64,000 nucleotides of DNA from Deltaproteobacteria bacterium (GTDB taxonomy: Bacteria > Myxococcota > Kuafuiibacteriia > Kuafuiibacteriales > Kuafuiibacteriaceae): assembly GCA_016703535.1 (NCBI GenBank), contig JADJBV010000002.1, forward strand, positions 2,177,721 to 2,241,720. The letters run 5' to 3'. Below, piece by piece: positions 56,525-64,000 of the stretch. The stretch's first letter is position 1, and every line of letters begins with the position of its first letter. The translations under genes and the position numbers were made by a program. The notes beneath the pieces were generated by a model. It was given only the letters and a program-made list of their open reading frames with translations, had not been told where the DNA came from and did no database searches.

Positions 56525-58710
56525 TTTTTTCGCCCCAAAAAGCCCAGGATCCCGCCCTTTTTTCCGCCCGCTTGGTCCTTGTTCACCGAAATGGTGGCGG
56601 CCATCGACAAGATCTTCTGCAGGTTCTTTTCGTAGGCGTTGTTGCCTGGCGCCAGCTCGATGGCCCGCTCCACCAGCTCTTGCGCCCGAATGAAGCTGTG
56701 CTTCTTCATCGCCAAGATCACGCCCAGGCGATTGTAGAACGCCGCTTGCTTCGACTCCTCGATCGCCCGCTCCAGAAGTTCGATGGCCCGATCGACGTTG
56801 CCGCTGTTTTCGGCTTCGGTGGCAGCGTTGTACAGCTCGCGGGCCTTCTCGAGGGCGCCGCTGCCGACCCCTTTGGGTTTGGCGTCCGGGTTCTTGTTCA
56901 GGTCTTCGAAGGCCTGGTTGTAGAGCGGGTTCGAAGGATCGAAGGTCAAGGCCAACTTCATGTTCATGCGGGCCGAGACCAAGTTGCCCTCGGCCTTGTC
57001 CTTGAGGGCCTGCTCGAACAACTTCTGGGCCTTCAACATCCGAGCGTTGTCGACCGGCTCGGCGTTCTTCAGCGGCCTCTCTCGCGGATCACTCTTTGGG
57101 CCCTCTTTGGCCTCGCTGGGGCGCGCCGGCTCGGGTTCGGCCTTGCGCAACGGCTCGGGGGGCACCGTGTCGGGCCCTCGCTTCTCCAAGCGGGACACCC
57201 CACTCAACTTCTCTTGGATCGGCCCTCGCTTCACCGCCGCGGCCAGGGCCCGTTTTTTCGCCTCTTTGGTGGCGGTGTCGTCGACCTGGGCGGTGCTCTT
57301 GCCCACCGGCGCGATCCGCGGGGTGCCGGTGATCTCCGGGCTCTGGAGCGGGTTGGCCGGCGCCTTGGTCACCAACGACGGAGGCACCTCCTCCAAAAAC
57401 GCGGGATCGAGCAGGGCCGGATGGGACGGCGCCTTCAGCGCGATCGGGCCCGACGGCTCCATCAAAGAAGGCAGTGGGGTGCTCCTCTTTTGGGCCTGGG
57501 CCGACGGCAGGCCCAGGGACGCTGGGGCCTTGGCGCCGGTCACCGAAGGCGGCGGCAAGTTGGCTTGCAGAGCGGCCCGGGCCCGGATCGGCTCGTCGGG
57601 GATCTCGACCTCCGCCGTGGCCTCCTCGGCGTCGCCTTCGTCGAGTTCACTCGGCTGCACCAAGGGACGATCGTCGGCCTCGTCCTCCTCCGGCTCTTCT
57701 CGTTCGATCAAACCCCCGGCGTCGTCGGCCGACACCGAGGACTCGGACCACACGTCGGACAAGGAGCTCTTCATCCGGCGCCGGGGCGCGACCGTCGGAT
57801 CTTCGCCCAAGGCGTGGGTCTCTTCCCAATCCGGGGTCGGTGAACGGGCCGAGGTGCTGGGCAATCGCGGCTCGGAGGTGACGCTGTCCTCCAGGCTCGG
57901 CTCGGCGTCTTCGTAGTCGGAGACGCTCGGCAGATCATCGAAGTCCGGCGGCAGCTGCACCTCGGGGGTTCGGGCGACCACCGCCGCTCGATCCAGGGAT
58001 TGGGTCTGGAGCAGCTCGTTGTCGTCGTCCGGCTCCTTGGGGAAGACCGGCAGCGGTGAAGGACGCCGCAGCGAAGCCGGCGCGGGCCCGGGGCGCGCCG
58101 CCTGACGTTTGGCCGGGGGCGGAGAGGCGGCCCGCAACGACTCACGCCGGCGACGTTCGCGTTGAGGCCTGCGGGTGGCGCCGTCGTGGCCGTTGGGGCC
58201 GACGATCACCACCGCGTTTTTATCGAGCAAGGTTAAGAGGGTCACCGCCACTTCTTGGGGGGCCAGGCCCGAGGTCTTTTGGATCTCCCGGACCGTGCGG
58301 CGACCGTCGATGCAGGAGAGGATGAAGTCTTCGTACGGCGTCCGGGGCAAGGTGGTGTCGGCCTCCGACAGCCGGGGCACCGCGTCGGGGTGCACCACTC
58401 GGGTCGTCGAGCCGGCGGCGTAGTAGAGGAAGGTCGAGGTCCGGCCCCCCTCGCCCGCGCCCGCGCCGTGGACCACCGCAAACTCTCCCTCGGCGACGCT
58501 GACGTTGCCCAAGATCACCGCGTCGGGGACCGAGTCTTCTTGTTCGGGCCGGGGCCAGGCGATCAGCTTGGTCCGCTCCTCTCGGATCGGAGCCTCCCCC
58601 GGTGCGCTGTCAGGGGGTGGCTCCAAGACGGACGGATCCAAAATGTGGTCACACTTCGGGCAGATCCAGGCCTCGTTGTTGATCGAGGCTTTACACGCCG
58701 GGCACTTCAA
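56521..58710 (-). CDS. Zinc-ribbon / DUF4388-like / C-terminal TPR repeat protein
   Basis: N-terminal CPxC..CPKC zinc ribbon. The block DFILSCIDGRRTVREIQKTSGLAPQEVAVTLLTLLDKNAVVIV is DUF4388-like. A long acidic/Pro-rich disordered middle is followed by C-terminal TPR helices. Confidence 0.5.
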   Translation of the reverse strand: MKCPACKASINNEAWICPKCDHILDPSVLEPPPDSAPGEAPIREERTKLIAWPRPEQEDSVPDAVILGNVSVAEGEFAVVHGAGAGEGGRTSTFLYYAAGSTTRVVHPDAVPRLSEADTTLPRTPYEDFILSCIDGRRTVREIQKTSGLAPQEVAVTLLTLLDKNAVVIVGPNGHDGATRRPQRERRRRESLRAASPPPAKRQAARPGPAPASLRRPSPLPVFPKEPDDDNELLQTQSLDRAAVVARTPEVQLPPDFDDLPSVSDYEDAEPSLEDSVTSEPRLPSTSARSPTPDWEETHALGEDPTVAPRRRMKSSLSDVWSESSVSADDAGGLIEREEPEEDEADDRPLVQPSELDEGDAEEATAEVEIPDEPIRARAALQANLPPPSVTGAKAPASLGLPSAQAQKRSTPLPSLMEPSGPIALKAPSHPALLDPAFLEEVPPSLVTKAPANPLQSPEITGTPRIAPVGKSTAQVDDTATKEAKKRALAAAVKRGPIQEKLSGVSRLEKRGPDTVPPEPLRKAEPEPARPSEAKEGPKSDPRERPLKNAEPVDNARMLKAQKLFEQALKDKAEGNLVSARMNMKLALTFDPSNPLYNQAFEDLNKNPDAKPKGVGSGALEKARELYNAATEAENSGNVDRAIELLERAIEESKQAAFYNRLGVILAMKKHSFIRAQELVERAIELAPGNNAYEKNLQKILSMAATISVNKDQAGGKKGGILGFLGRKK

Positions 58711-58776
58711 GGGCCCACACCCATCCCGGGTGGAGCATACCTGCGACCGGCAGGAGGCCCAATCGGCCCAAGGGAC

Positions 58777-59769
58777 CTAAAGCTCATGCTTGAAGCGGTA
58801 GAAGGCTTCCCCATCGAAGGTGACCTTGTCGACCAGCTCGCCCAGGATGGTGTGTAGGGTTAACGATCCATCCGCAAAGAGCAAAGACTGGGTCATCTCC
58901 ACGACGTTGCCGTCGTCGTCTTCGGCCTCGCCCTCCCAAAAGAGCTCGACGCCGGTCCCGTCGCCCTTCGGCACCCAAATCTCCCAGCCGTCCAAAAACA
59001 CCCGCCAAGGTTCGCTGAGCCGGGGATCGTTGAGGCCCAGCAGGAGCGGCCCGGGATCGTCCTTGAGTTTGCTGTGGAGCGCCGCCTTCAGCCGAGCCTC
59101 GGCGCTTTTGCTCAAGGTCGGTGACTCGTAGATCGCTCGCAGCAAGGCGAGGAGGTCCTCGAGGTCCGGCCCCGTCAACAGCTCCTTGGTCTTCCGGGAG
59201 AGCCGGCCCCGGGTGCGCTGATAGATGTCGAACATCGCCTCCAGCGGCTTGAGGAAGTCGGGGGGGCGGACCTCGACCTCCGGGAGATCGGGGTGGGCCC
59301 GGGCTCGGGCGCTCGGCAAGATCGCGCCCAAGGACTCGCCGGGACTGTCGCTCTCTTGGCCGATCACGATCTCGTCGACGCCCGGCGTCTGATCGAGCCC
59401 GAGCTTTCGCGCGTGTTGGCTGCGGTAGTAGTTGGCGTCGTGGCTGAGGTGCCCGGGGGTGGTGCCTTTTTTGGGCTCCTCGGGTTCGGCTTCGTCGCGA
59501 CGGCGTTTTTGGCCGTCGTCGTCCAGGTCCTCCCGGACCCGCTTCACCTCTTTGGTCTTCTTTTTGGCCTCGGCCTCTTGTTGTTTGGGGATCGGACCGT
59601 CGTAGCCGCTCTTCGCTTGGTGCTGGAGCTCGGCGACGTGTTCTTCGTGTTGTTCCCCCGGTGAGTCGATGACGTGGCCGGGTTTCCTGGCCACCGCCTT
59701 TTGCGGAGTTCTGGGGCTGGGGAGGTTCGGGCGCTCCGAGTCCCCCGGCCCGGTCGGCTTGATCGCCAC
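58777..59769 (-). CDS. Hypothetical protein (highly charged N-terminal half, conserved-looking C-terminal domain)
   Basis: 330-aa ORF with GC3-rich codons. No motif recognised. Confidence 0.45.
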   Translation of the reverse strand: MAIKPTGPGDSERPNLPSPRTPQKAVARKPGHVIDSPGEQHEEHVAELQHQAKSGYDGPIPKQQEAEAKKKTKEVKRVREDLDDDGQKRRRDEAEPEEPKKGTTPGHLSHDANYYRSQHARKLGLDQTPGVDEIVIGQESDSPGESLGAILPSARARAHPDLPEVEVRPPDFLKPLEAMFDIYQRTRGRLSRKTKELLTGPDLEDLLALLRAIYESPTLSKSAEARLKAALHSKLKDDPGPLLLGLNDPRLSEPWRVFLDGWEIWVPKGDGTGVELFWEGEAEDDDGNVVEMTQSLLFADGSLTLHTILGELVDKVTFDGEAFYRFKHEL

Positions 59770-59786
59770 GGCTCAGTCCTCTCGCG

Positions 59787-60296
59787 TCAGCCCTTGAAGA
59801 GGATGAACTTGCTGAGGTCGACGCCGAACTTCTGGTTGGTCTTCTTCAGGTAGTCCTGGTGCTCGTTGAGCATGTTCATCAGGTACTCCTGGAAGATATC
59901 CACGAAGAGGCAGACCGCGTTGTAGGTCGTCTCTTCGAACTTGGCCATCGCCTCGTTGAACTGATCCCGAGCATCCTCCGAGTCGTTGTCGCGGAAGTCG
60001 TTCTGCAGCCGCTCCCGGATCACCGGCGGTAACAACAAGAGCGAACGCAACACGTCCGACAACTTGAAGCTCTGCTGGGCCCGCACTTTGGTGATGTAGC
60101 GGAGCACCGAGGTCAAGGTGTCGGGTTCACCGGTGACCAGGTAGTCGCCGAAGGCCTCCAACAAGTGCTCGAGGCTTTGACGCAGCTCGGGCTTCGGCAC
60201 CTTGAGATACGCGGGCACCGTCGCCGGGATCCGCTCCATGAGATCTTCGACGATCTCGGCCTTGTTCTTCTCGAGGAAGGTAAATAGCTCGATCAC
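59787..60296 (-). CDS. Small helical protein, possibly RsbR-N-like (sensor non-heme globin) domain
   Basis: MIELFTFLEKNKAEIVEDLMERIP... has the flavour of RsbR N-terminal domains. GC content is noticeably lower than in the neighbours. Confidence 0.4.
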   Translation of the reverse strand: MIELFTFLEKNKAEIVEDLMERIPATVPAYLKVPKPELRQSLEHLLEAFGDYLVTGEPDTLTSVLRYITKVRAQQSFKLSDVLRSLLLLPPVIRERLQNDFRDNDSEDARDQFNEAMAKFEETTYNAVCLFVDIFQEYLMNMLNEHQDYLKKTNQKFGVDLSKFILFKG

Positions 60297-60380
60297 GCGG
60301 AGACGAGGCTAGCAGATCTGGGCCACCACCCCCATCGCCTTGTTGCGGATAGGCCCCCACAATGTGCGCAAAGGCCGGGC

Positions 60381-63164
60381 TCAGTACAGTTTGCCCGAGA
60401 TCCCGAGGCCTAGAGGCGCCGGGTCACCTTCCAGCCGCGGCGGCAACAACCAGGAGCCGACCTGCACGTCCCGGGGTTCAGGCAACAGCAGCGTCCAACC
60501 CCCCGTCGGGCCCGAGGGGCGGGCGTCGAACTTCGGCTGGCCCGGCGCGGTCGGGACCGGCGCCAGAGCTTCTCCTTCGTCCATCACCAAGCTGGTGACG
60601 ATCGCGGTCCCCAACAAGCCCCCCGCACACCCGATCACGTTGCCGGCGTTGACCCCCGAAGGGCCACCGGCCACCAAACCAAAGGTCGCGCCCGCCACCC
60701 CACCGCCGAGCCCGCCGACGTTGATCCAGCCCAGTTGTTCGGGCGCCACGTCCGCCAAAGGGCTGAGCGCCACCGCGGTGAGGGCCAGCCCGAGATCACT
60801 CGACACCAAGGTGGTCGCCAGGATCTCTCGGCGGGAGAGCTCGACGCCCGCTTGTTCGGCGAGCCGGGCGCCGAAGTAGCCGAGCCACACGCCCCACACC
60901 GATCCAGTGAAGGCCAACATCGCGTCCGGGACCTCGGGTTCGACGACCTGGGCCAGGCCCGCGCCGATCAAGCCGCCGGCGCCAACCGACAACAAGGTCG
61001 CTCCCGCCGCTTGGCGCCCGGTGGCGTCGGTGAGTGAAGCCAGGGCCGCGCCGTTCCACAAGGCTTGGGCGGTCCACATCACCTCGAAGGCCGTGTCTCC
61101 CTCCGAGTGGATCGTGGAGGGCGCGAGGGCCGCGAGACCGGCGGTGCCGAGCAGGCCCACCGACTCCAGGAACGCCACCGTCACCCGATTGTCTTCGGAG
61201 GCGAGGAGCCCCAGGCCCGCACCCGCGGCGTTGGCGGCGATGCCGCTGAAGCTGATCTCCACCAAGTCGGCGGTGTCGGTCGGGCTCACGCCGAACATCT
61301 CCGTGAGGATCGCGCCCCCCAACACGCCGGCGCCCGTGCCGAGCAACAATCCGCCCAGGATTTGTTCACCTGGCGGCGCTGCATCGGCGTGCCAAAAATA
61401 CGGGAGGAAGGCGCCGGCCCAACCGGCGTGTGCGGCGCTGACCGCGAGGAGCCCGCTCTCGAGGGGATCGTATTCGGTGAGCGGCGCCAAGGCGAAGGCC
61501 GCCACGCCCAAGGAGAGGGTGCCCACCTGGTGGAGGGAGGCCCGGGTTCGGGTGGAGCTGTTCGGCATCAGGAGCCCAAGCCCCAGGCCCATCGCTCCTC
61601 CCGACAAGGAGAAGGTCGCGGTCTCCAGGTTGTCGGCGCCGGGACGTTCCAACCATTGACTCGAGATCACCCCCACGCCGAAGCCGAGCCCGGTCATCCA
61701 CTCGGCGCCGGCGAACCGCTCTCGATCGCTCGGTCGGTCCCGCAGCACGTACGGCAGGCTGAGACCCAAGCTGGTGCCGAGTAAAGTGGGGACCGTGACG
61801 TGGATGGCCGCGTCGTCGTGGTAGGTCGTGGCCCCGGCGCTGAGCAACCCCGCGCCCAAGGCCAAGGTGCCGGCCCCCAACACCAAGGCGGCGTTGGTTT
61901 GTTGGCTGGCCCCGCTCAGGCCCGCGAGCCCGTGTCCAAACAAAGCACCGGCGCCGGCGTAGATCCCGGCCTCCCCCGCGTCCAAGGGATCGATCTCGAG
62001 CAGGTCGCTGGCCAACAAGGTGACGCCGCCCAAGGTGGCAGAGGTCAAAAGGGCGCCGCCGATCCGGACCCGAGCGTTGGGCGCCTCGCTACTCAATATA
62101 TCGCCGAGCAAAAGCCCGGTGAGGGCGCCGTACCCCGCGGCCACCGAGGCCGCCGCTCCATCACCGGCATCGACCGGTAGCCGGCTGAGCCCCAGGACCC
62201 CACCGACCAAACCCGCCGCGGTCCCGGCGAACATCACTTGGACCACGGTCCGTTCGGCGGCGTCGGGGACCAACAACACCACACCTGCCCCGGCCGCGGC
62301 GCCGCCCATACTTCCGACCACCGCCATCCGCTGTTGATCTGCGCTCAGGCCCGGCGACTCGAGGGCGATGGCGCTCAACACCGCCCCGGCGGTCCCACCC
62401 AACATCACGCCACCCACCACCTCCTCTCCCATCGAGCTGCGATCGAAGGCGCCGTAAGCCACCGGCGCAAACCCACCGAACCACGCGCCCAAGGCTGCGC
62501 CCAAGGTGATGGTGGTCGGGTCCGTGTCTCGACCGGTGGCGTGGAGGGTCGCCAAGGCCCCGAGCAAGGTACCCAACTCCACGATCGTCGCGTCGGCCCG
62601 GACACTCTGAGACGTCGCCAACAGCGCGGCGCCACTCCCCATCGTTCCACCAACGACGCTGGCCAAGAAGAGATCGAAGGGGCTGTGTTCGAGAGTCAAG
62701 GACTGGGTCAAGAGCAGCCCCGAGAGGTATCCGAGGGACTGGCCCAGGAGCACGCCGCCGAACGACTGAGAGGCCCGCTCCGAGTTGGTGATGATCCGCG
62801 ATCCCCAAAGGCCGAGCCAAGCGCCGCTTCCGGTCAACGCCAAGGTGGTGCCCAGATCCTGGGCCTGCATCTCGACCGAGTTGGTGAAGAAGGTCGCCGG
62901 GATGACGCCCAGGGCCAGGCCGCCGAGCAGAACCGTGCCGCCGGCCTGCAACGGATCTCCGTCTCGACCCGGCACCAACAGGGCCCCGAGGGTGCCGAGG
63001 CCCGCTTGGACACCCGAGGTGTTGATCAAGATCGCGTCGCCGATGGTCCAGTCCCGATCGTGGAGTGCAAACGCGCCGACGGTGGTCCCGAGGGTCGTGC
63101 CGATGGCGCCGCCCAAATGCCGCGAATAGGTGGGCCAAACTTCACCACCGAGGACCATCGGCAC
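60381..63164 (-). CDS. Gly/Ala-rich polytopic membrane protein, probably the C-terminal ~930 aa of a larger gene that continues upstream in another frame
   Basis: At least 25 predicted TM helices of G/A/L-rich sequence. The frame opens after a TGA at ~63236. The same Gly-rich sequence style already begins in the upstream HEAT-repeat ORF. Confidence 0.55.
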   Translation of the reverse strand: MPMVLGGEVWPTYSRHLGGAIGTTLGTTVGAFALHDRDWTIGDAILINTSGVQAGLGTLGALLVPGRDGDPLQAGGTVLLGGLALGVIPATFFTNSVEMQAQDLGTTLALTGSGAWLGLWGSRIITNSERASQSFGGVLLGQSLGYLSGLLLTQSLTLEHSPFDLFLASVVGGTMGSGAALLATSQSVRADATIVELGTLLGALATLHATGRDTDPTTITLGAALGAWFGGFAPVAYGAFDRSSMGEEVVGGVMLGGTAGAVLSAIALESPGLSADQQRMAVVGSMGGAAAGAGVVLLVPDAAERTVVQVMFAGTAAGLVGGVLGLSRLPVDAGDGAAASVAAGYGALTGLLLGDILSSEAPNARVRIGGALLTSATLGGVTLLASDLLEIDPLDAGEAGIYAGAGALFGHGLAGLSGASQQTNAALVLGAGTLALGAGLLSAGATTYHDDAAIHVTVPTLLGTSLGLSLPYVLRDRPSDRERFAGAEWMTGLGFGVGVISSQWLERPGADNLETATFSLSGGAMGLGLGLLMPNSSTRTRASLHQVGTLSLGVAAFALAPLTEYDPLESGLLAVSAAHAGWAGAFLPYFWHADAAPPGEQILGGLLLGTGAGVLGGAILTEMFGVSPTDTADLVEISFSGIAANAAGAGLGLLASEDNRVTVAFLESVGLLGTAGLAALAPSTIHSEGDTAFEVMWTAQALWNGAALASLTDATGRQAAGATLLSVGAGGLIGAGLAQVVEPEVPDAMLAFTGSVWGVWLGYFGARLAEQAGVELSRREILATTLVSSDLGLALTAVALSPLADVAPEQLGWINVGGLGGGVAGATFGLVAGGPSGVNAGNVIGCAGGLLGTAIVTSLVMDEGEALAPVPTAPGQPKFDARPSGPTGGWTLLLPEPRDVQVGSWLLPPRLEGDPAPLGLGISGKLY

Positions 63165-63952
63165 CGCCAGGCCGGTGAGCAGACCCCAACTTCCAGAGGT
63201 GGCGTAGAGGAGACCGGCCCGCCGTATAGGTCGTCATCGCCGCCGATCAAGTAGGCCGCGCCGACGCCCAGGGCCAGGCCACCGGTGGCGGTGAGGAAGG
63301 TGGCGCTGGCCGAGTCGTCTCGGATGCGCCCGAGCAGGCTCAAGGTGACGCCGCTGAAGGCACCCGATCCGAGCACAAAACCCACCTTGGCTTCGGGGGC
63401 CGGGAGGTTGCGCTGATATTCGGCGTAGACCTCCGGATAGTTCACCTCGAGCAGCCCTCGGGCCAAGGCGCCCAACGAATCTTCGCCATCGGCCAACCCC
63501 AACAGAAGTTCGGCGACCTGCGGGTGATGAGCGCGGGCCGTCAGGGTCAAAGCCAACGACCGCAGGTCCCGGTCCACGTTGGGATCGAGGGCCAACGGCA
63601 GCGCCGCTTCCACCAAACGCGGAGCCACTTGCGCTTTCCCCCGGAGCACCAAAAGAGCCTCCCGAAGGACCGGGGCTTCTCGTTCGACCAACACCTCTTC
63701 AAGTCGGGCTTCGGCTTCGGGCTCCGGTCGCTTGGCCAAGGCGGTGATCGAAAGTGATCGTACGTCCGAGAAGTTGGCGCTTCGGCTGAGCGCGATCATC
63801 GAATGCAAGCTTTCGCCCCGGGTGCTGGTGGAGAGGTGCTGCAACACGTTCCGGCGCACGTCGGACTCGCGATCGTCGGCGCCGTGCACCAGCAATAGGA
63901 CCGCGGCGCTGTCGGTGCTGCTGGCGATCAACTCCAAGGCCGCGAGCCGCAC
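63026..63952 (-). CDS. HEAT-repeat (PBS-lyase-like) N-terminal domain. Only about 63220..63952 is credible; the remainder of this frame is post-frameshift noise.
   Basis: HEAT-like repeats (DVRRNVLQHL..., DVRSLSITALAKR..., DRDLRSLALTLTA...). The sequence then runs into a Gly-rich TM-like stretch (GFVLGSGAFSGVTLSLLG...GGLALGVGAAYLIGG) before the frame degenerates. Confidence 0.5.
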   Translation of the reverse strand: MRLAALELIASSTDSAAVLLLVHGADDRESDVRRNVLQHLSTSTRGESLHSMIALSRSANFSDVRSLSITALAKRPEPEAEARLEEVLVEREAPVLREALLVLRGKAQVAPRLVEAALPLALDPNVDRDLRSLALTLTARAHHPQVAELLLGLADGEDSLGALARGLLEVNYPEVYAEYQRNLPAPEAKVGFVLGSGAFSGVTLSLLGRIRDDSASATFLTATGGLALGVGAAYLIGGDDDLYGGPVSSTPPLEVGVCSPAWRCRWSSVVKFGPPIRGIWAAPSARPSGPPSARLHSTIGTGPSATRS

Positions 63953-64000
63953 TGATGGGGCCGGATCTTTCGCGGCGATCTGATCGAGGACGTTGAGCCC

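Overview
This window is a high-GC (roughly 70% GC) chromosomal segment with Myxococcota hallmarks. Those hallmarks are a MYXO-CTERM-type sorting signal, an AgmX/PglI-like protein, an FHA-sigma54 activator beside a Ser/Thr kinase, PilZ proteins, EF-hand and TPR proteins, and a giant secreted repeat protein. I call about 57 protein-coding genes and two tRNAs: tRNA-Pro(GGG) at 2373..2447 and tRNA-Arg(CCT) at 33882..33955. I found no rRNA, CRISPR array, transposase or integrase. Many six-frame ORFs are antisense shadows, which is typical of high-GC DNA, and I ignored them.

A syntenic housekeeping block spans about 29.6..39.8 kb: surE, an nlpD-like LysM/M23 gene, an M48-like protease, apt, tRNA-Arg, an IHF/HU-like gene, mnmA, rnc, a cyclophilin, era and der. 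Accessory and unusual content includes the following.

1. A tightly packed four-gene minus-strand operon at 2500..7480 encodes an octaheme c-type cytochrome (tetrathionate-reductase family), a split YedE/YeeE sulfur transporter whose second half carries a rhodanese-like domain, and a CbcL-like fusion of a 9-heme c-type cytochrome with a diheme-b domain. It has a divergent sigma54 activator and abuts tRNA-Pro.
2. An N-terminally truncated threonyl-tRNA synthetase paralog (catalytic core plus anticodon domain only) sits beside two domain-less ORFs.
3. A 0.7-kb intergenic region holds two different tandem-repeat arrays flanking a ~130-nt imperfect inverted repeat.
4. An 8.56-kb continuous ORF encodes a giant thrombospondin-type-3 / cadherin-like repeat adhesin that ends in a MYXO-CTERM-like motif. 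With no stop codon, it runs straight into a signal-peptide-like segment and an OmpA-family protein.
5. Two other genes have clean single-nucleotide frame disruptions at short G/C runs: a polysaccharide deacetylase and a HEAT-repeat / Gly-rich membrane protein.

CDS coordinates come from the supplied ORF track plus in-frame start reassignment. Coordinates of non-ORF features were counted by hand and may be off by 1-2 nt.
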